A stretch of 62,839 bases of DNA, counting the filler, from Rhabdomonas costata (Eukaryota), in NCBI GenBank assembly GCA_019059605.1. It is 47 parts of 47 records of this genome, joined end to end, with 100 filler letters (N's around TTAATTAATTAA, not from the genome) between each part and the next. Parts side by side here need not be neighbours in the genome. Positions count along the whole stretch, not along the records: positions 49,550 to 50,788 come from JAHMHO010022353.1; positions 50,889 to 52,127 come from JAHMHO010022354.1; positions 52,228 to 53,466 come from JAHMHO010022355.1; positions 53,567 to 54,805 come from JAHMHO010022356.1; positions 54,906 to 56,144 come from JAHMHO010022357.1; positions 56,245 to 57,483 come from JAHMHO010022358.1; positions 57,584 to 58,822 come from JAHMHO010022359.1; positions 58,923 to 60,161 come from JAHMHO010022360.1; 39 more parts are not named here. One strand, written 5' to 3'. The notes beneath the pieces were generated by a model. That model searched no databases, was not told the DNA's origin, and was given only the letters and a program-made list of their open reading frames with translations. Shown here in pieces: positions 49,450 through 61,498 of this stretch; position 1 is the first letter of the stretch; every line of letters starts with the position of its first letter. Position numbers and translations under genes: made by a program.

Positions 49450-52231
49450 NNNNNNNNNNNNNNNNNNNNNNNNNNNNNNNNNNNNNNNNNNNNTTAATTA
49501 ATTAANNNNNNNNNNNNNNNNNNNNNNNNNNNNNNNNNNNNNNNNNNNNGGGTTGTGGGATCGATTTGTCCGCCTTTGTCGGACCTCTCGGCCTGCTCCG
49601 CTGCTGTGTGACATCTTGAGGTATGGTCTGGTGTGAGTTTGTTGGGTTGAAGTTTGCACTCTTGTGCCGGCGCCAGGACGCTGTCCTGGCAGGGATGTAT
49701 GGTATATAGCCGAAGCCTTCTGCAGGGCGGCTACAGGGCCCGAGGGATTTTTCCTGAACCTTCGCATCGACCCCCGGACCCAGCGCCGACCCCTCTGCGC
49801 TTATTTTGTGCATTACTCTCCTCTCGCTACTCTCTCTTGCGTGCTTAGTACCGCGTGGGTTTATGCTTTTTTCGTCGTCAATGCGTCTGTGCGCTTTGGT
49901 AGGCAGAGCGGTGTGCTGTTTATGTCTGGAGCCTCCTGTAAACTGAAACCTTCTTGTTTCAGTTTCCATTATTGGCAAGCGCCTCGGAGCAGGCAGAGTG
50001 GAGGGATTGGATCTGAGGGACGGCGCGACTATATATAACCTTATGCGAGAAAAGTGCAAAAAAAAAATATTGCAATTTCCGAGAATTGGGAAACGCGAGC
50101 GCTTGTTAGGAAGAAAAACTGAAACCAGGGAGGGCGGGGTGATCCCCTTCCTGATTGATTGGCAATGTACCTTTTCCGCTGCAACACTGAGTAAAAAGGA
50201 GGTTGCGCTTTGAGAAACAACCGGCCCATCCACAAGAATCCAATAAATTCAGACATCCAATGTTTAAAAAATGGGAAGCAACACAGCAACGAATCGGACA
50301 AGGAATACCTCCCATTTCGAGTGTTTTTTCATTTCATTTCTTCGGTTATATTGTCCGACGTGCGCTATTTTTGGTGGACACTTGTCACCTTTTGTGTGAA
50401 GTCTCGATAACGCAAAATTTTTTAGTTTTAGCGCGGTAGTGGATGGGGGAAGCAGAGCAGGTGCTCCCCGACTTTTCAACCCACAAGCTGTCAAGGTCTC
50501 ACATGTCGAAGACACCTGGTACGTTTCGTGTAGAGGCTCGAATAACACGCGGAGTGATTGACCGTGCCACTTCTCCATGACAGAGCCAAGGATGAGATGT
50601 GCAACTGCATCTCCTACACGTTGTATTATTTTTGCGTCCCCACAAAAAAAAACATGCCCATAGCAGAGGCGACGAAAAAACAGCGATGCCTCCCCGCAAA
50701 CTGGTTTCGGCCCCTTGCCCCACACACAAGTCTTGAATCTTCTCTTCCTGACAGGCTGTGTTTGCATTCTACATCCCCCCCCCTTGTGNNNNNNNNNNNN
50801 NNNNNNNNNNNNNNNNNNNNNNNNNNNNNNNNTTAATTAATTAANNNNNNNNNNNNNNNNNNNNNNNNNNNNNNNNNNNNNNNNNNNNGGTTTTTTGTGG
50901 AGTCCCCTGAGTGTGAACTCCACAAAGGACCCTCCCGTTTGCCCTGAGTCCTGGCGATACCCCGGAGAAAGAGAGAGGCACAGGCTGCACGCAATTGGCA
51001 GAAATTCCAGAAGCTCGGGCATTGCATCAAGTTATGAGGAAGGGGAGGGGGAGGAGGAATCAAACGCGTGTGTGAATGCCTGCCAGGCATCTGAAGGAAA
51101 CAGAGAAGGGTGACTGAATTGTGACAAACCAGTATTCGATGCCGCCGATACCGTCGTCGGAGCGTGGGGATCATAGCCTAAGCGCAAGGAGCGTCGCGGA
51201 AACAAAGCGGAGACCCCCGTGAATAGAACTGGAAATCAGCACTCCACTGCAGACAACGACCCTACGCCATCAAAAACCACCTCAACAATCTGAATTCCAA
51301 CAATAGTAAGCTGGGAACTGGTACAACCTCATCTGAAAATCAGGTGGTGGTGAATGTCAGAAAAGAATAAGAAGTGTACAAGCCGGTGACAAAGAGTGCA
51401 GAAGCACCGCAGTGAATCCGTAGAAGCGCCCGCCGCCCTCGTTCCAGGACCACAGCAGGGAGTTGTTCCGAAGACTTTCTGGAGGGTCGTAGAACAGGAT
51501 CGGCACGTACTCGAAGGAACAAGGAAAGTACTTCGACACAAAGTACTCCAGGCGCTGCACAGTCTCGTTGTTTTCGTTGGGGTTCCGCCGGTTGAACGGA
51601 ATGTACACGTGAAAGGGCACTGCCAACAAGAGCATTTGCTTGCAAAAAAACAGTGCACCACATTCTCTCAGTATCTCTGCGCGATGAGTACCACAACCCT
51701 AACCGAAAGAGTTTCCAACAAGTCGCAAAACTAAAAGAAAGTGCAGATGCCTAATGGTCTAACAGGCCAACAGGAAGAAGTCCAGAATGAGCCGGAGTGG
51801 ACCCAGGAAGGGGCAGGTTGACATTATAGCTGGCGACTCCGAACATCGGAAGGGAGGAGTCATAATGAGCCGGGAAATAAGCCGTCAGGAGCCTGATGCC
51901 TTCCTACTCTTAATCTTTATAGGCGTCTAACGCGTCTGGCATCCACCCCCCTTGCACCGCCCTCTGCCCGGTGCAGGATTTTCGAGAACATTAAACCTGT
52001 AGTACTTGGCAATGGGCTGATCACAATGAGAGCTGTCAGCTTTTCCTCGCTGACGCTCATGCTCGACCAATCCGGCGGGAACTCGACTGACGCCTGGCTT
52101 ACCGGCGGGTGGAACGCCCAACACCCCNNNNNNNNNNNNNNNNNNNNNNNNNNNNNNNNNNNNNNNNNNNNTTAATTAATTAANNNNNNNNNNNNNNNNN
52201 NNNNNNNNNNNNNNNNNNNNNNNNNNNTTGT

Positions 52232-52447
52232 TTGGGTCTATTCCTGGACGACGCGGACGAGCTGGCCTCGGAGTTCCACGAGTCCGCCGTGGTGGGGTGC
52301 CTGCTGAGGGCACTGAAGAACCCAGCCAACGCCGATGTGGTTGTTGTTCTTCGGGGTCTTCCTGCGGGAGTTGACGGCCTGTTTCGAGACAACCCGGAGC
52401 TAAGCGGGCACTTCCCACACGTGTTCGATATGTCGAGTTCGGAGGAG
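52232..52447 (+). CDS. Degenerate SpoVK/CbxX(CfxQ)-like AAA+ domain exon
   Basis: GLFLDDADEL...F...AVVGCLLRAL...DVVVVLRG...LFRDNPELSGHFPHVFDM aligns by eye to GVLFIDEAYxL...LVVILAGY...NPGLxSRF. Confidence 0.7.
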
Positions 52448-53650
52448 GTAGCGGGCCGATTTGGTGATTCTTCTGTTTTTGTGGGTCCCCCAGTTTTGCG
52501 GGTCGGTGGAGAACGTGTTGCAAAGCAGCTGCATTGGTGGTGAGATGTTGCGCATCCCACTAAAAAGGGGATACGCAAGAAAAGATGGATGTGGGTTTTT
52601 CGGGTATGTTTCTCATGCGGGAAACGGCAAGATGCCCTTTCCAAGTGCTTCACCTTTGCGTTATAATGTGGGTCCGAGCATTGAGCATGCGAAGATCTGG
52701 ACCCCCCGTTTGCTGCCCTTTTCTTCGTTGTGCTTTGCTTCACCCTCATGATTTTTCCCTTTCCTTTACTTTGTGGGCGGTAGGATTGTCAAAAGAACCT
52801 GCGACTGTCAGTCCAGCCTCCTCTGCTTTTCCTTCGCAAAATCCCGGGCGTCTTTCCTGAGGCGCACTACTTCTTTCAGTTTCTCACTTCAGCGCTTGAC
52901 CAAACCTGCCCAGTGTGCAACTTTACACACTCACACTCACACCCATCGCTTCACGTCAGTCGGGTCGGGAGGACAAGAATGGCGGGACGCACTAACCCAC
53001 ACACACACACGCTCGCACGGGTCAGCTTGGCCATGGCTCGGCAACCTCCCCTCCTTGGGGGGAGTCGAGGCTGGGCTCCGCGTCCTGCTGCCCATCACTT
53101 TACCCTTTCGCATGAAGGGAACACTCCCTTTTACGCCTTCCCCTTCCTTTCACACGCCCCGGCCCTGACAAACTTTCATTTTTGAACCCTTTACTCATCT
53201 TTCCGTCGAGACGGCCTCTTATTCTGTCCAACGCTGTGCACCAGTTCTTCCCTCCTCATCACCGCCTCATTTGATTTAGCTACCGATGTTTGCGTTGCCT
53301 GTTTCAGTTATCTTTTTTTTGGTCTTTGCAGTCTTGAAAGACGTCAGATGAGAAAAACATACCCGAAAAACCCACATCCATCTTTTCTTGCGTATCCCCT
53401 TTTTAGTGGGATGCGCAACATCTCACCACCAATGCAGCTGCTTTGCAACACGTTCTCCACCGACCCNNNNNNNNNNNNNNNNNNNNNNNNNNNNNNNNNN
53501 NNNNNNNNNNTTAATTAATTAANNNNNNNNNNNNNNNNNNNNNNNNNNNNNNNNNNNNNNNNNNNNGTGTTGGTGTGTTTGGGGGGGGGTTTGGAGGGCT
53601 TTCCTAGGGTTAGGATGCTCTTTCTGTGTCCTTCTAACAGGCTTTTTATA

Positions 53651-54125
53651 ATGTCAGTTGACGATTTAGTTTCTCTTTGTTCTAACGAGGAAAAGCTCCG
53701 CTCTTCTTTGAGAGATTTGGGATTTCAAGATGACAACCCAAGAACTGTCCTTCTTGTGGTGATCCTCTGGATTCAACCCTGGGCAGCCGTCGTGGCAAAC
53801 AGCACTGGCGCTGCAAATCTTGTAGACGCTGGGTTCCAGTTCAGTCTGGCCCTCTGGATGGATGCAGGCTGCCACCACAGAAGAACGCTCAGATTTTGGA
53901 CTACTGGGCTCGTGACTGTAGGCACTTGGATGAACTGCTGGATTTGGACCGGAAGACTATATCTGACTGGAGTACCCGCCTTCGTACCTATGTTGCCACT
54001 GGAATTGATGCAGAGACCTTGTTGTGGGTGGTCGAGGACACATTGTTGAAGCAGATGAGTGTGAGTTGGGAAGAAAACAGAAGGGGTCCACGGACACAAG
54101 TCCTTTGTCAAGGGAGATGTATTCA
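53651..54125 (+). mobile_element. Merlin / IS1016-ISXO2-like DDE transposase pseudogene
   Basis: Zinc ribbon (CPSCG...WRCKSC), HTH-like LDRKTISDW..RLR and VGGRGHIVEADECELGRK (first catalytic D) lie in three different frames. Confidence 0.8.
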
Positions 54126-54942
54126 CTCCTTCCCAATCCTTGCGCCTCTTGGGTTCGGGTTGGGGTGCCCTTCACTCCAACCCAAACCAGTCTTGACCTG
54201 CGGTCCTGTTACAAAAGGGCTTGGCGGGTTTGCCCACCTTTTTCGTCTCAGAAGGCACTAAAAACCACCCCACCCGTTGCTCGCACTCATTCCCCTGTGC
54301 GCCTTCGCCAGCCAGGAGCGACTCCACCAACCCCCCTCTCCTCAACTAGCTCACGTCCTCACAGTTCCTTTTTTACCACAGACGCCCTCACCGGGGCGTC
54401 CCCACAGCAATAAATTAAACGGAACGAGACAAAGCTAAGGCAAGCAGGGAGACCAAATCGCGAGCAAATGGCAAACACGACAGCAAAAAAAAAACATTAA
54501 AACCCGTCTTAGGAGAGAGGTGGGAGGGAGGATAGAGAAAGGGAGGAAAAAGGTGAAAGAAAAACTGACCCAAACTGTCCCCCCCCCCTTTTTTTGCAGC
54601 GGCACCCTCGTTGCTCAATGTTCTCCACCACTCGCACACCTTCATTCCCCGGTGCGCCTTCGCACCAAGGGACCACCAAAGTGCGAAGATTCCGACTCCC
54701 TTTCTGACCTTTTTTTTTTCGAAGCTGCACCAGCACACCACTTTTTCCTCCTTCTCCTCCTCAGGTGGCGTTGTACTGAACCCCCGCTTGCATAACCCAA
54801 CAAACNNNNNNNNNNNNNNNNNNNNNNNNNNNNNNNNNNNNNNNNNNNNTTAATTAATTAANNNNNNNNNNNNNNNNNNNNNNNNNNNNNNNNNNNNNNN
54901 NNNNNAGGGGGACTGTTGTCCAGAAAGTCACTGCCTGTGGGA

Positions 54943-55060
54943 TCAGCGCGCGGGCAAAGACTGTGTGGGGTCCAGCCCATCAACGTCGGCATCGGACCCC
55001 ATGGTGGACACGTAGTACTCCCCAAAGTGATGGTCGCTGTTCCCGATGTGCACCACAAGC
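54943..55060 (-). CDS. Terminal exon of an unknown protein
   Basis: ctgcag acceptor followed by LVVHIGNSDHHFGEYYVSTMGSDADVDGLDPTQSLPAR-stop. Confidence 0.45.
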
Positions 55061-56582
55061 CTGCAGCGGTGGGAAAAGCATGCAGAGAGTGGAAGAGTGA
55101 GGTTCGCCCCCCCCCCCACGGCTTCAATGTCAGGGCAGAAGAAGAAGCAGAAAGCGAAAAAGAAAGAAAAAAGAAGGGTTGGGTGGGATAATTGGGCTCG
55201 CGACCGTGACAAGGGAGCAAGCCTGACAAGGGACCACACCATTGGGAGTTGAGTGCTGTGCCTGAGAAATCCTCCTGCATTTTCAGTCTTCGCGGCTGTC
55301 GTCTCGTGCCTGGGAGTGTTTTCGGGTGCATTTTTCTTTCGGTCCTTTTCTTTCGTAAGCATTCTTTAGTCTTGTTCACTTTCGGCTGCGGCTTCATTTC
55401 TCGCCCCTGGGAGTCCCTTTCCTGCCGTCGGCCTCTTCTGCTCTCCGTTTCTGTTCTCACTGGATGCTCCAAACTTGATCCCCGCAGCCGTCTTTCCCCA
55501 TTCCCTTCTCTGGCTCCCTATCCCTCGGCTGCTGGCCCTCTTTCACGTTCCCTGCCTCTCTCCCTCGCTCCCGCTGATGTTGCACTCTTTCTAGTGGTGC
55601 TTCCTTCGAATGACGACTTTGGTTTTTGTCGGGTGCTGTGTATGTGCGTGTGTGCGTGTGCGTGTGCGTGTGGGGGATATCCGAGCAAGCGCCCAGGCCG
55701 TGAGCATTGCATGCTCAGGACGCATTTTCTCTTTCTATCCTTTCGAGTGTTTCACTACTCTCAGCATGTCTTATATCCTCTACTAACCCTACCCTACCCT
55801 AACCTACCCTACTCTACCCCTCTACCCTATTCTACCCAATCCTATGAAGTGGATGGTCTAAAGAGGTAGCCTATGTTACAGATCTCAACTACGAAGAAAA
55901 ACAAACAAAACAATGAGCTTTGGTATCCGCCGGTTTCCCTTTCACTGGTTTCCACTGGGACGTATGGGCTTGAGACCCGGCACCTTGAACCAGCAAAGTC
56001 CCAGGGAGACGACCTCTAACCAGGGAACGATCCGAACCCGAAGCAAGCTTACCCTACCCCAAGTCGACCGCTGGGCAAAACTCTAAGGCCCGCAGCCGTA
56101 CCACTGCCGCAGGGAGGAGATCAGGCCCTCGTTCACCACCAACCNNNNNNNNNNNNNNNNNNNNNNNNNNNNNNNNNNNNNNNNNNNNTTAATTAATTAA
56201 NNNNNNNNNNNNNNNNNNNNNNNNNNNNNNNNNNNNNNNNNNNNGGGGGTGTGGCAAAGCCGTGTGTAGCCATGCACACTGACATAAGAACATGGCAAAC
56301 CCTACAACTGCGTACCGTACTACGGCCCCAGAGGTTCAAGAAGAGGTATGAAGCAAAAGGAACAAAAAGTGAATGAGATCATCCAGCAAAGCAAGCTGCA
56401 TCGCTCACTCAAAACTTGCAATTGATCAAACAGAACTCAACACAATCAGCGCCAAAAAAAAATAGTCAGCGGAAACTCCCAATCGGAATTCTCAAACGTT
56501 TGGGGTGCCCCCTTCTACCACGTTTTGATCGTTGATGGGTACAATGAGGGTTGGGGGGCTGAGCACCGAGCACCCCACATAC

Positions 56583-56930
56583 CGACCACACGGCGAGATC
56601 CTGCGGGAGGGCCTCGATGGTAACCTTGCTGCGCAGCTTGAACTTGTTCAGGTGCTGCACCACGGTCTCCAGAACAGAGCCGTCGCACTCCACCCACAGC
56701 ACGGGCTCCTGCTGTCCCTCAGAGCCCTCCGAGGTGCTGGGGTACATGAAGACGTCCGCGAGAATCCGACCCTGCACATTGAGCATCGCGCCGTACAGAC
56801 CAGAGGAGTGAAGCTTGGTGACGTTCACGGTGACGTTGCCGTGGAGGTACTTCACGGCGTCCGCGCCGCGGACCTGGAAGAGCCTCCGCGTCGACGACAG
56901 GCACGCCGCCAGCACACGGCCTGGAGCCAT
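56583..56930 (-). CDS. IBA57: IBA57/CAF17 (YgfZ/GcvT-fold) Fe-S assembly factor, first exon
   Basis: RRLFQVRGADAVKYLHGNVT..., GAMLNVQGRILADVFMY, WVECD, HLNKFKLRSKVTI, with a gtatgt donor. Confidence 0.9.
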
Positions 56931-59900
56931 GTAGGGCTGAGGAACGCTTCTGTCCGGTTCCTTCTCTCACTCGCTCCTTTCCCCACTCACTCACACTCTG
57001 CGCCTTCTTTGTTGCCGTAGAGGGATTGCGGTGTCACAGCAGACGAGGAAGAGCAATGTCTTCTGGAAGAACGCACCCCCTCGACCCCGAAAACAATCCA
57101 TCGTTCCCCGATAGCAGGATGCATAGGCTGCGATCTCTACACCTACACCTACACCCGACATCCGACTTCAGCATCGATCCTGCCGGTGCCGGCGAAACCT
57201 TCGAGCAGCGGATTCTGCTGGGAATGCGTACAGAGGCAAAAACTTGTCATTGCAACTAAGCCGCAACACCAAATATTCCCTTCAACAAGATACAAAGGAA
57301 ACCGAAGCAACCAACCTTGAGGCTCTCTTTGGCCAGGTGTAGCTAGATGACCTTTGTTGCGGTGTGACTTTTTCATAACTACCGGCGAGCCGAAAAGCAA
57401 TCATCGAAAAACTGCCATTCCATACCAAAGCGCACCTCACCATTTCCATTCATCTTCACACCATAACCGTGCGACACCACAAANNNNNNNNNNNNNNNNN
57501 NNNNNNNNNNNNNNNNNNNNNNNNNNNTTAATTAATTAANNNNNNNNNNNNNNNNNNNNNNNNNNNNNNNNNNNNNNNNNNNNGGGGGGTTGGGCCTCAG
57601 CCTCAGGAGGGCTACCACTGCCCACAGGAATATCGTTGGCAGATTTCGGTCGAGCAGCGACCTGCGAGAAAAGTGCACTGCTGAAGAGCACTAATGTTGG
57701 AAAGCACGCCCCAAACGAAACCCGCATTGGAGCGAGCAAGGCGGAAACCTTAGCTTTGATTTTGGAGATGCGGAAGCGTCGGAAATACTGATTTAGGTGG
57801 TGGGAGATTGTGTGATGTTCTGAGTTTTGCTGGCCGGCTTACCTTGCCAAGAGTGTGGGCGATGTAGTGTTGTTGCTGTTTTTTTTAAAACAAAATGTGG
57901 AGTAGAGCAAAGTAGGATTGCGCTGAGATAATATATTAAGGCAGTTCCTCCCCAAAAGTAGATTCTCTTCGACTAAGAAGAGAATCTAAGAGAAGAGAGG
58001 AGGAAGTGAGGAGGGACGGATGTACCTCCACAGGTTCCACGCTCAGAGTGCTGTGGGGAGCAGAGGAGGGCCGCCGACGAGCCAATCCTGAGGACTCCTA
58101 TGAAGGAACCGCACAAGAAAAAATGCAGCAGTGTCCAGTTTTGTGTTCAACGGAGCTGGTAGGGAAACTTGGGAAACGAAAAGCGACAGGATAGGGAAGA
58201 GGGAAGAGGAAAGAGGGAAGGGGAAGAGGGAAGAGGGAAGAGGGAGATCGAATGGCTCTAACGGACGACTTCTGCACAAATCCGGAACGGAGGGGCGGAT
58301 TACGACTGGAATGGTGACGAAAGGAGATGTGGGCGTGGCGATGGCTGTGATAACGCACTGAGTATTGCAATAGGGAGGGGGCAATGCGCAAAGCAAATTC
58401 CGGAGAAGCAGCACAGAAGCGTGAAACGTTGCAAAGAAAAACAGAGCGAAAAACTCATCTTGTGTCCTTCTGCAGTTTCTCCTGCATAACCGTGTCTTCT
58501 CAACCTCTTGTCTTTCTGTATTTCCTTTCCCACCATTTTGGCCCATCAATGAGGTTTTGACAGTACTAGAAAAGTTCAGTGTGTTTTTGGAATTCTATCA
58601 CAACCACGCCTAAGTCTCCTAAGAAATCCTAAGAAATTCTCCCGGGTGGGCGGAGAAACCAAAGTTTCCAACAAAACCCAAATTTTGACAGAAGAAAGAA
58701 ATTGAGAGACGTTCCCGGAAAGCGGCAGGTGGTAAGAGATGTTTTCAGAGGCACCTAACCCATCGACAAATCCCATCGACAAAACTATTCACACCCAAGG
58801 CAAAAGCTGAAAGCTGCCAACANNNNNNNNNNNNNNNNNNNNNNNNNNNNNNNNNNNNNNNNNNNNTTAATTAATTAANNNNNNNNNNNNNNNNNNNNNN
58901 NNNNNNNNNNNNNNNNNNNNNNTTGTGGGTGTCAGGGTTGGGTGTCGGAGTCCCCATCCCCTGATTCAAGCAAGAGTGTTGCTAACACAATTTCGTAGGT
59001 TCTTGCCCAAAATGTCTGGCTGGAGCCAGCCCTGCTTTTCGGGAGAAAAAAGAACTGACGACCCCTTTTCCATGTGGAAGGACCCTCTTAAATTCGGTTT
59101 TCTCAAAATATCATTAATCGACCCCTGTAATGACATGATGCGATATAATTTTAGTACAACGTTGGCTACCACCAAGAAACTGAGTCCGCGAAATTCCGAG
59201 CTGACGCTGTCCGAAAAGGTATAAGACTTAGTCCGAAAAGTATAAGACGCTGTCCGAATAACTATGACTGTTGGAGGGTCGGTTTTTAAAGTGCGATTAT
59301 GCCACCCCCCCGCCCCTTTCGTTTGGTTTTTGTGCCATTCGGTGCTCAAAACCATGCTTTCGCTTATTTCTTTTTAGGCCCGATTGTCTGTTGGAAGCGC
59401 ATTTTTCTTTGCCTTTTTCGTATTCCGTGCAGTGAGAATGCACCCCCAAAACATGGAGTTTTCTCAAACCCTCGTGTCCTTCTCAACTGAAGAAGCGAGT
59501 GCAAGAAGGCGCGGGAGGGAGTCTTCTACGTACCCCACATGCAGCAGCACTCCCAAAACGCAGCGTGAGATAAGAATTTCTGCCTTTTCACCCTCGGTCG
59601 GCTGTGGTCAAACAAGAAGAACGAGGGCTGAATCTACCCTGCTGCTAAAAATTTCACTTCTACCGTCATACAGATTGGGCTACAGAAAAAAAAGTTCTGG
59701 GTTTAATTCAATTTGACTCATACTTTTCTCAAATCCCCAATTGTTTTCAAATTACCGCGAAGCATCCGACTCCGGCGAAGATCCTAATTCGCATGCTTGT
59801 GTAAGCTTACAATCTCACCTCCTGTGAAACTGTTTTGATTTTCGGTTCCGTTTCGTTTTTGGTCCCGGACTGCTACCAGGCGTCTTGCACTGCATCCTGT

Positions 59901-60261
59901 CCAAATATAACCCATGACATGCCATGCGTATGCCGTTTTACCAGCATACCGTGAACACACACGGTGAACACATTAATTCATTAGTCAACTATTCATCAGT
60001 CATTATTTCATAAAAATTTTATAGGGGTTACTTTTACTTTTACATGCCGTTTAATCGGGCGTTATAGGTATTTCACACGTGTTGGTACAACTGTCCCCTC
60101 GGATCTCTGCTCATCATGCTAGCACATTAAACGGCATGTAAAAGTAAAAGTAACCCCAACCNNNNNNNNNNNNNNNNNNNNNNNNNNNNNNNNNNNNNNN
60201 NNNNNTTAATTAATTAANNNNNNNNNNNNNNNNNNNNNNNNNNNNNNNNNNNNNNNNNNNN

Positions 60262-61498
60262 GGTTTGGGTTGTCGAAGCTTTGGTTCAGCTGTGGCAAGT
60301 CCAACGCTCCCAGCAGGAGCAGCAGCTGCACTGGGTGGTTGCACCCGTCTTCCTCGCTCTGGGTGACGGACTCCTGCTCTTGCCACCACCGAAGGAAAAG
60401 ACGAACGTTATCACCATCCTCGCAACGCTTTCCCCAAAACTTCCTGATGCTGTAAAGAATTCGCAAGCCCAAGTCAAGGTACGCAGTACCGCGCTTCTGG
60501 TACCCTGAAATTGCACTGAGCAGGCCATGGGCGTGCATACTGAAGGTCATCTTCGGGTGGTACATGTACAGGTCCCGGCAAAGAGAAACGGAGCTGAGAT
60601 ACTGGTACACCGGCGTTTTCATTGCCAGCAGCGTCGCGGCTGGTGCCATCGGGTTGACCAGTACCAAGCCGTCAGTCATTGGTTCTCGAGACGTCGACAT
60701 TAGTGTGTGCTCCATTTGGTTCGCAAGCATCAACGCCGCTGTGTCGACGGGGCAAGGCTCAAGGTGAAGGCATATGGTTTGAAAGGGGTCCATCTGAACC
60801 GCATTGTTGTGCTCGAATTTGACAGGAAACGCCGGTAAGCTGAACGCCACAAGAAGGGAGTAAACATCCATGTAGTCAGCTTCCACAGCAGAGTCAATCG
60901 TGTCCAGCCACTGCCCCATTTCTTCCCGCGCATTGTTCAAGGAAAGAATCGAAACTGTACTGCTCTCGACCTCCTTCAGCAGTGCCTCATCGTGAGCCAG
61001 GGCTTCGGCAAGGCTTTGTCGTACTCCTCGAACTTGCTCTAGAGCATCTGCAGCACACACCGCCACTGTGCCAGACCTGAGAACCGCCTTTGCGGCGTAT
61101 TTCTTCTTGATCCCTGTCAGATAAGCAGCTTGGCAGGCTGAGTTGTCCTCTACGGTTGCACTAAGCTGCCTTAGCTTGTTGCGATGCTCCTGAAAAATGT
61201 TCGCAGACTGCTTCAGCCTCTTAAGCATCAGAACGCGGTCCCTTGGGCGGATCTGCACCCTGCCAATTTGTTCCGGAGACATGTCACAAGATGTCTGCAC
61301 AGACTTGAGCACTCCCTCCATTGCATCAATATAGGACGACAGCAAGCATATCTGTGCCTTAATGGAGTCCGGGCCATGAGCGATGCGCAGCTGGCTCAGT
61401 TTCGGAATTACAGAATCAAGTATCATATCCATATCACTTGGATTCAAAGCGACCGTTTCGGGTGACTGCAAGGAAACCCCGTCGATGGTCACAACCAA
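60262..61498 (-). CDS. Internal part of a large intronless protein (more than 410 aa, open at both ends)
   Basis: Single uninterrupted frame across the whole contig, with a helical N-half (CQAAYLTG..KYAAKAVLR) and QMDPF / YLSSVSLCRD motifs. Confidence 0.85.
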
